Shown here: piece by piece, positions 53,902 through 62,000 of the stretch
Layout of the letters: every line of letters begins with the position of its first letter
Numbering within the stretch: position 1 is the stretch's first letter
Assembly: GCA_951406725.2 (NCBI GenBank)
Contig: OX597825.1
Location: 15,024,001 to 15,086,000, forward strand
From: Octopus vulgaris
Taxonomy: Eukaryota
Reading direction: 5' to 3'
DNA length: 62,000 bases
The notes under the pieces: model-generated
Database searches by the model: none
Told to the model about the DNA's origin: nothing
Seen by the model: only the letters and a program-made list of their open reading frames with translations
Program-made: the position numbers and the translations under genes

Positions 53902-55030
53902 TTAATGTCTCATATAAGGCTCCAGTTCTGTGAGTTCAATTACTGGTGGCAGTTCATCGAACTCCAACAATACTCGGGGTGGGTCAATCTTATTTCCGCA
54001 CATATCTACAAGTTTTTTATAAATTTCTTTATCGACCACAATGGCCTTTACATTTTCTGAGTATACGTCTCTGGGTAATTTTACTCTTATGATGTGTTTA
54101 AATTTCACAATTCTTTTTTCCACTTCCTTGTTTTTAGCATAAGTTACAAAATTCCACTTGTTCTTTCCCCGTCTAGGTTTTTTCCTTTCTGCTTTCTCTA
54201 CCTCTCTTGTTATATATGCCTCTATATTACTTTCCTCCTCCGATTCTGAAACCTTCTCCTTCTCTGTCTCTATTGTAAACAGTTTCTCTATCTCACCCTC
54301 ATGTAGTTGTGCTCCTGAACCTTCCACCAAATCAACTGACATCTTCAACCCCGCTTCCTTCTTCTGTAACTCATTCTCGCACACCTTTTCAATTCTTTTT
54401 CCACTTTCTTTCTCCACCATACTTTTGACATCTTCAAGGCGGTGGGCTGTCAGAAACGTTAGCACGCCGGGCGAAATATGTAGCCGTATTTCGTAGCCGT
54501 ATTTCGTAGCCGTATTTCGTAGCCGTATTTCGTTGTGAGTTCAAATTCCGCCGAGGTCGACTTTGCCTGTCATCCTTTCGGGGGTCGATAAATTAAGTAC
54601 CCGTTACGCACCGGGGCCGATGTAATCGACTTACTCTCTTTGACTGTCCTTGTTTTGTCCTCCCTATGTTTAGCCCCTTGTGAGCAATAAAGAAATACAT
54701 ACTTTTGTCATCTTTCCTTTCCACCTCTTCTTTCTTCTTTTTCTCATTAGCCGGTGGCGGGTTCACTCTTCCGTTCCTTCTTCTTTTTCTTTCAACTAGT
54801 GTGAATCCCTCCTCCGCTGTTTTCTCTTCACTCTCCACATGTACTGCCTCTTCCTTATTCTCTTACATCTCCCCCTCCATTTTTTCTGTGGGCACCACGC
54901 CTTCATGTGGCCTTTCTCACCACATCGAAAGCATACAGGCGGCCTGCCCTCCACCATCCTTCTTAGCGCAAAGCTGTCAGGCAACACTATCTCCTCCGCA
55001 ATCCCATTTAAACACATCAACATCGATAAA
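53902..55030 (-). pseudogene. ORF1/gag-like protein with an intact CX2CX4HX4C zinc knuckle, split by a SINE
   Basis: EGRPPVCFRCGEKGHMKAWC. After one frameshift, MESEEK...KDDKSM joins in frame to KSMVEKES...EFDELPPVIELTELEPYMRH* once the SINE and one TSD are removed. Confidence 0.82.
54435..54697 (+). mobile_element. SINE family B, tail type i, 17-bp TSD, internal 13-bp tandem expansion
   Basis: CATACTTTTG(A/T)CATCTT at 54418-54434 and 54698-54714; (TAGCCGTATTTCG)x4 at 54481-54532. Confidence 0.93.
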
Positions 55031-55085
55031 CAAGCGGTTGACGGGGAATGAAATACAATCGCACACACATACACACTCACATATG

Positions 55086-55137
<52 letters not shown>

Positions 55138-55155
55138 TACATATATATAATTATA

Positions 55156-55385
55156 TCACGTTGCTCCAGTTCACTCAGCTGTAGAAATGAGTTGCGATGT
55201 CACAGGTGCCAAGCTGTATCGACCTTTGTCTTTCCCTTGGATAACACTGGTGACGTGGAGAGGGGAGGCCGGTATGCATGGGCGACTACTGGTCTTCCAT
55301 AAAACAACCTTGCCCAGACTTGTGCCTCAGAGGGTAACTCTCTAGGTGCAAACCCATGGTCACTCATGACCGAAGGGGGTCTTTA
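55156..55385 (+). mobile_element. 5'-truncated SINE family A
   Basis: Colinear with roughly 3157-3386. Confidence 0.88.
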
Positions 55386-55505
55386 CTTTTATATATATAC
55401 ATATATATAATTATATATATATACATATATACTTATATATATATATATATACATATATATAATTATATATATCTATATATATACATATATATAATTATAT
55501 ATATC

Positions 55506-55588
<83 letters not shown>

Positions 55589-55589
55589 C

Positions 55590-55740
55590 GACGGGATTCT
55601 TTCCGTTTCCGTCTAACAAATCAACTAACAAAGCTTTGGTCGCCTCGAGGATATACCACTAGACACTTGCTGAAATTTCTACTCAGTGGGACTGAGGTCT
55701 TAGCCATGTGCTTCTTACCACACAGCCATTCCTACACCTG
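55590..55740 (-). mobile_element. Degenerate SINE family E
   Basis: CAGTGGGACTGA...CTTCTTACCACACAGCCA matches 1310-1360. Confidence 0.65.
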
Positions 55741-56189
55741 ATATGTATATATATATATATATATATTGAAGCAATTATTTACAAAGCTTTCTAAACAAAA
55801 CCACAATCGCACACACAAATAAACAACAACACAAACGTACACACATACAGTGAGAAAGTCGGAGATATAAGCAAAAGAACGCAACATTTTAAAACTTCCA
55901 ATAATTATAGAAAACGGTCTAAAGCAAGAAAAACTATATTCTTGGTGAAATTATTAAATCAATGAATGAAAATGAACATCCCAAAATGGAAGACAGAAGA
56001 AAAATATTATTTGCTGCTAAAAGCGTACAGATGGATATATTTTATACATTATTAAAATAGCAATTTCACAAAACAATTGAAAATCTTTTTCAACAAATCT
56101 ATTTCCAAATTTATGAACTAACCTCACCACAGAATACTATCATTTGAAGTTGTGATATATGTGTGTATGTATGAAAGTATGTACACATG

Positions 56190-56398
56190 TGTACGTATAT
56201 ATATATATCAATCACCATGATAGATCGGTAGCCACTACACACATTTCTATTCTCTCCTTGTTTCTTTCTGTGTTCCGTTCTGTGGACGAGCGTAGGCTCG
56301 AAACGTTAATGACCTTTGCAATTCCCGAGCGTTATACAAATACATCTGTTTGTTTTCTACACCAACTGTCTGCGTCGTTTAATTTTTTCGTGGATTCT

Positions 56399-56402
<4 letters not shown>
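56190..56402 (+). mobile_element. (TA)n-anchored dispersed repeat H2, copy 2
   Basis: Colinear with the 36655 and 60575 copies; ends CTCCC followed by (TA)n. Confidence 0.82.
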
Positions 56403-56460
<58 letters not shown>

Positions 56461-56522
56461 ATATGTATATATATACACAGTTATAGAGGGACACATATAT
56501 ACATACATAGATACACATAGGT

Positions 56523-56564
<42 letters not shown>

Positions 56565-56572
<8 letters not shown>

Positions 56573-57022
56573 ATCAATATAAGGGTAACCGCTGGTGGCA
56601 GAACATTTTTCTTGAATTTTTCGTTACCCTTATATTGATTGATTAGTGAATTTTTGACTAATTCTGAAATTTGTATCAGCAGCTTATATTTACTGCGGAG
56701 TAGATGGCGCGATTACGGTGAATTCGAAAATTTACGATATATAGACCCGAGGCTTAGATGGTGTAGCCTCGTGTATATATATCTGCCTCCTATTTTGGTG
56801 ACTTTGCTGACGAGACAAGCCAAGCGTAAACGGATTTAATTTAATTTAATTAAATTTGATTGCGTGAAGATGTTGAAACATTGCAGGGTACAAAGTTTGA
56901 AGGGGATGAATGTTTTTTATTTTCCTCTAGTTTCAGAATTACTACTATTTTTTGCGGTTTTGAGTTTAGCTGCTCTTTTCAAGTGAGTCGAACGACCTTC
57001 TCAGGGTCATTCCTTAATATTT
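56565..57022. other. Structured segment between TA arrays with a 21-bp perfect inverted repeat
   Basis: ATCAATCAATATAAGGGTAAC (56569-56589) and GTTACCCTTATATTGATTGAT (56623-56643); a second hairpin CGAGGCT...AGCCTCG near 56750-56770. Confidence 0.7.
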
Positions 57023-57024
57023 TG

Positions 57025-57064
<40 letters not shown>

Positions 57065-57066
<2 letters not shown>

Positions 57067-57300
57067 GTAAATGTAATATGTGACAATTATTCGGTAGCCA
57101 TGATAAAACTCCGCGTTTCGGATGCTGAGGTGGAAATCCACGCCACCGTCTCTTCAGTTATCCGGCCATCGGAAAAACGCTATGAAAAATGACCGTTATA
57201 CAAAGGGAAATTACTGTGCGAATCACCGTTATTAAGAAAAAGAGCTATTCGAATGACCGCTAAGTGAGAGAGTAAAGTGAGGGGGTAAAAAGTTCATAGT
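57065..57300 (-). mobile_element. (TA)n-anchored dispersed repeat H1, copy 2
   Basis: Colinear with 10870-11115. Confidence 0.8.
57102..57162 (-). ncRNA. Candidate minimal type I hammerhead ribozyme motif
   Basis: Reverse complement: GATAA-CTGAAGA-G...C-GAAA-CGCGGAG-TT-TTATC. Stem I is a perfect 5 bp and the core is canonical; stems II and III are imperfect in this copy. Confidence 0.5.
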
Positions 57301-57304
57301 ATTC

Positions 57305-58330
57305 GAAAGGATGAAAGGCAAAGTCGACCTCGGCAGAATTTGGACTCGGAACGTAGCGACAAACGAAATACCTATTTCTTTATTACCCACAAGGGGCTAA
57401 ACATAGAGTGGACAAACAAGGACAGGCGTAGGCATTAATTCGATTACATCGACCACAGTACGTAACTGGTACTAATTTATCGACCCCCGAAAGGATAAAA
57501 GGCAAAGTCGACCTCCGCGCAATTTGAACTCAGACCGTAACGACAGACGAAACACCTATTTCATTATTAACCATAAGGGGCTAAACACAGAGGGGACAAA
57601 CAAGGACAGACATAGGTATTAAGTCGATTACATCGAGCCCAGGGCGTAACTGGTACTTAATTTATCGACCCCGAAAGGATGAAAGGCAAAGTCGACCTCG
57701 GCGGAATTTGAACTCACAACGTAACGACGGACAAAATACTTATTTCTTTATTACCCACAAGGGGCTAAACATAGAGGGGACAAACATGGACAGACATAGG
57801 TATTAAGTCGATTATATTGACCCCAGTGCGTAACTGGTACTTAATTTATCGACCCCGAAAGGATGAAAGGCAAAGTCGACCTCGGCGGAATTTGAACTCA
57901 CAACGTAACGACGGACGAAATACCTATTTCTTTATTACCCAAAAGGGGCTAAACATAGAGGGGACAAACATGGACAGACATAGGTATTAAGTCCATTATA
58001 TCGACCCCAGTGCGTAACTGGTACTTAATTTATCGACCCCGAAAGGATGAAAGGCAAAGTCGACCTCGGCGGAATTTGAACTCAGAACGTAGTAGCAGAC
58101 GAAATACCTATTTCTTTACTACCCAGAAGGGGCTAAACACAGAGAGGACAGACACACGGATTAAATCGAATATACGACCCCAGTGCGTAACTGGCACTTA
58201 TTTAATCGACCCCGAAAAGATGAAAGGCAAAGTCGACCTCGGCGGAGTTTGAACTCACAACTTAACGACAGACGAAATACCGCTAAGCATTTTTCCTGCC
58301 GCGCTAACGTTTCTACCAGCTCGCCGCCTT
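57305..58330 (-). repeat. Tandem multimer of SINE family B: one head plus ~5.5 core-tail units
   Basis: GAAA(G/A)GAT(G/A)AAAGGCAAAGTCGACC at 57305, 57489, 57673, 57857, 58041 and 58214 (periods 184 x4, then 173); a single tRNA-like head at ~58270-58330. Confidence 0.95.
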
Positions 58331-58807
58331 CTGTGAGCATATGGTGTCTGCGCAAATATTTGCCCCCAGCAAACTAATAGAACATTGTGTCACGCGTTCA
58401 CGCATGCGATGAATAAATTTAATTTATACATCAATGTTTCAATTTTGTCTTCGTGTATTGTTTTGCAACAGTAGTTACTTAAATTACGCTTTATTTTTTA
58501 CGAGCATTTCTACAGAAAGTGAAAATTATTAGCAGCAAACAATGATAAAATTGCTTTACAATGTGATGATAATTGACACGAACCGAAATGTTATCATGGC
58601 TGTTTCTCAGATAACAATATTTAATATCTATGGACATTTATTAAAGTAAACATCTGCCGTATCCTATACATAATTCATTGAAACCAATTCATTTCCCAGA
58701 CGACACTTCGATAGACAAGTAAAAGCGTCATAAAATTACTTTCCTATGATGATATACACATACACACACACACGTATATATACTTTTTATAAATATATGT
58801 GTGCGTG

Positions 58808-58898
<91 letters not shown>

Positions 58899-59519
58899 TA
58901 GCTATGTACCTGTGAGTGTGTGTATAATATTTGAGGCAGAAAATATACTACTGTATAATTATTTAATTTATTTCTCGGGTAGGCATCTTCGGCATCACAA
59001 TTTAGATTTCCTTATCGATATAAGATTTATTTAAATGATATATACAATTAAATGGACTTCAAACTGTTCCATCTGGTGCGTGGCCATTATCGCCTTTGTA
59101 TCCCACGCAAATCTCATGAAAACTAAAACTGAAATTAATTATGATTTAGGATTTTAAAATTGTCTTCCTTAACTTGTAAAAATAATACTTTATCTAAAAT
59201 GTCACAGCATAAAGGAAATACGTATTGGTAAAACAATATATTTCGAATCACTGTTAATGTAAAGGTATTATCGTTTGTGAAAGGAAATCGTATAATGGGG
59301 GATAAATCAAACTTCCATGATAGGAGCTTAAAACTCCACAAGCACTACGACTGGAAACGCTAACATGTCCTTATTAGACTATAAAATGTGTATAACTTTA
59401 TTCTGAGTATGGCAATTGACAGCGAGTTAGAAACTTGTTAATAGCAGAAAACTTATATGATGATTTCTATATAGCGAAAAGATATTTCTGCAAATTGAGA
59501 ATTTAAAATTTTATTTCCG

Positions 59520-59715
59520 ATTGTGGGGCAAGGCCAGCAAATTTGAGAGGTGTGCCACTCGATTACAATGCCACCTGTGTTGAAGTTGTATTTATTTTGT
59601 CGTCCCACAGAAGAATTTAAAAAAAGAGGACTTCGACGGAATTTGAACATCGAAAGGGAAGATTCGGAAAAACTCTTCTCGGCATTTTACGCAACGCGCC
59701 TCTGAATGTTTGCAT
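59520..59715 (-). mobile_element. Old degenerate SINE family B
   Basis: GACTTCGACGGAATTTGAAC B-box region and GCAAGGCCAGCAAATTT tail remnant. Confidence 0.55.
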
Positions 59716-59865
59716 GTAACTACCATATTACAATGCTCTAATTTCCGCTAATCAGACACGAAGATCTGTAAAATAATCAGAAGAGTACCTAATATATCGT
59801 TTAGATATATATAGAAAGGTGACAACTTCTGAAAGAATTATTTCTGTTATATTACGTTAACATTA

Positions 59866-60165
59866 TGGCGGCACATGGCCTAGTGGTTAGAGCAGCGGAT
59901 TGCAGTCGAGGGATGGCGGGTTCGAATCTCAGACCGGGCGATATGTGTGTTTATGAGTGAAACACCTAACCTCCACGCGGCTCCGGCAGAAGGTAATGGC
60001 GAACTTCTGCTGACTCTTTCGCCACAACTTTCTTTCACTCTTTCCTCCTGAATCTTGCAGCTCACCTGCGACGGACCGGCGTCGCGTCCAGGTGGGGAAC
60101 CTATACGCCAAGGAAACCGGCAAACCGGCCATTATAAGCCAGAAGTGGCTCGAGAAGGAACAACA
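59866..60165 (+). mobile_element. SINE, family C-related subfamily
   Basis: GGCGGCACATGGCCTAGTGGTTAGAGCAGCGG...GGGTTCGAATCTC head; body similar to the 48740 copy. Confidence 0.85.
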
Positions 60166-60574
60166 GAAAATGTTCCTTCTAAAGAATAAACAACAACGTT
60201 AAGACTATTTACATCAAGCACAAATATTTCAAAACTTGATTGTAAAAAAAGGCAAAAAAAAACATTGTGTTAAAAACGCATTTCAGAGATGGAACACATT
60301 CCACTATCAATTCAATTCACAAGGTATAAATTTCAAAAACATTTATATGCTTCGCTCTTGTATAGAAGCCTATTTATTCTCAAATAATGACCAACGCAAT
60401 AAATCAAAGCAGTACATATCCTCAGACATGCCCCTGTTCTCAAGAATTTACGATGCGAGTTTTCTCTCATTCAAGCCTATTTTCACTGAAATATGATTGA
60501 GATGCAATTTCTGAGCTAATAAGCGATGCTTTAGGTTTTAGGTTTGATGTATGGATGTATGTATATATATATGG

Positions 60575-60763
60575 ATTTTGCCACGATAGATCGTTAGCCA
60601 CTACACACATTTTTTTCTCTCCTTGTTTTTTTCTGTGTCCCGTTATGTAGAAGAGCGTAGGCTCGAAACGTAAAATACTTTTTCTATTCCTGAGCATTAT
60701 ACTAATATATGTGTTTGTTTTCTACGCCACCTGTCTTCGTATTTTGTATTTTTCGTAAACTCT

Positions 60764-60768
<5 letters not shown>
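60575..60768 (+). mobile_element. (TA)n-anchored dispersed repeat H2, copy 3
   Basis: TGTAGAAGAGCGTAGGCTCGAAACGTAAAA...ACTCTCCC followed by (TA)n. Confidence 0.82.
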
Positions 60769-60807
<39 letters not shown>

Positions 60808-60924
60808 CCATATATATACATACATAGATATATATGTATGTATGTATGTATTTATGTATGTATGTATGTATGTATGTATGTATGTATGTATGTATGTATG
60901 TATGTATATACGTATGTATGTATT

Positions 60925-61085
60925 TGTGTGTCAGTGTTTACGTCTCCGTAACATAGTGGTTCGGCAAATGAGACCGATAGAGTAAGAACTAAGCTTACAA
61001 AGAATAAGTCCTGGGGTCGATTTCTTCGACTAAAGGCAGAGCTTCAGTATGGCCATAATGAAATGACTGAAACAAGTAAAAGAAT
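60925..61085 (+). mobile_element. Family D short repeat
   Basis: GTGTTTACGTCTCCGTAAC...GCTTACAAAGAATAAGTCCTGGGGTCGAT...GAAACAAGTAAAAGA. Confidence 0.8.
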
Positions 61086-62000
61086 AAACGAATGTATATT
61101 CGATTACCGAAGGGTGCGCCTGTTCGTCTATAACTACTCAAATGATGCATACACAAGCCGCTATACGGGCAAGATTACCGATGGCTCTATTCGTTCTCTC
61201 TGCCTCTTTCTCTGTTTTTCTCTTTCTTCCATATCAAATTACTGCTCGCCTTACATTTGTCTGATAATTTCAATTATAAACTTCAACTTCTTCACTTCTA
61301 AAATATAATTTTTTTATCTATTCAGCAATCACACACAAACACACACACTTTTGCTCACATACATACGCGTGTGCGTGCGTACAAAAACGTATGAGCAACG
61401 CATTATTCCAATGCGTACATTATAGAACATCAGTAGAAATAAAAATAATATTAATAACGTTTCGCAGAAGAAATATCTAAAATATTAGCACACTTTCTTA
61501 TTAGCAAGAAACTTTTTATCACATCTCAAATTTATTTTTTACCTTATATCATTTTAGATCTTCAGATTTTACCCTTTAGAGGATCACAGGTCCGGAAACT
61601 GCCAACAAACGTGTTATTTTAGTTTAACAAGAAAATATTTACTTTTAAATTTTCAAACGATTTTTAAAATTTTTATTATATTATTATTGTTTTTTTCAGT
61701 TAGCCACTTATTACTGTTGAGGGATTTAATGCGGTATGTTTTGTTGATGTTTATGAATTTATTTTACATCGGAAATGAATATTTTGTTTACACTTGGAAG
61801 CACTTCTTGTGTAGCCTACTGTAAATTTAAAATACCTCTACCAGATTTTCTTAAGTCGGATAATCAATTACATATACATGTACAAGAATACACAATCACA
61901 GAAGTTTGTGTGTGTGTGTGTATATATATATGCACACACACACACACACACACACACGCATATATATGTATATATTTATTTATTTGCAAGCATTGTAAGG

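Larger units (their letters stand above)
53577..55035 (-). mobile_element. ORF1-only non-LTR element, 5'-truncated second subfamily copy
   Basis: ORF1 C-terminal half, then a ~325-bp 3' UTR ending AATAAAGAAAC directly against the 5' end of the other copy. Confidence 0.75.

Noticed and set aside
54435-54465. N-terminus MLTFLTAHRLED of ORF 53902..54465 as a real start
   Set aside because: It is read from the antisense strand of the inserted SINE head.
57305-58330. Regular array resembling CRISPR, and the ORFs at 58010-58377
   Set aside because: The whole 184-bp unit repeats with no unique spacers, it derives from a SINE, and there are no cas genes.

Overview
AT-rich, microsatellite-dense animal genomic DNA, inferred to be a coleoid cephalopod (Octopus-like) from its SINE families and repeat landscape; I could not check this against a database. 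No intact host gene is recognisable, only a few isolated exon candidates, so the window looks intronic or intergenic. Nearly all structure is transposable-element derived: mariner (DD34D), TRT-like DD37E and Tc1 remnants, MITEs, a Helitron-like insert, a Ty3/gypsy gag fragment, a Penelope-like RT fragment, and more than 20 SINE copies with swapped heads and tails. Two signals stand out. (1) At 51.2-55.0 kb there is a tandem pair of diverged non-LTR elements that encode only an ORF1/gag-like zinc-knuckle protein, and their 3' end matches the tail of the commonest SINE subfamily here. (2) Several short (TA)n-anchored repeats, some forming long zero-spacer palindromes, carry minimal hammerhead-ribozyme-like cores pointing toward the TA array. 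Most ORFs in the supplied track are translations of microsatellites or SINEs. Family letters A-E and H1/H2 are my own labels, and boundaries of decayed elements are approximate.
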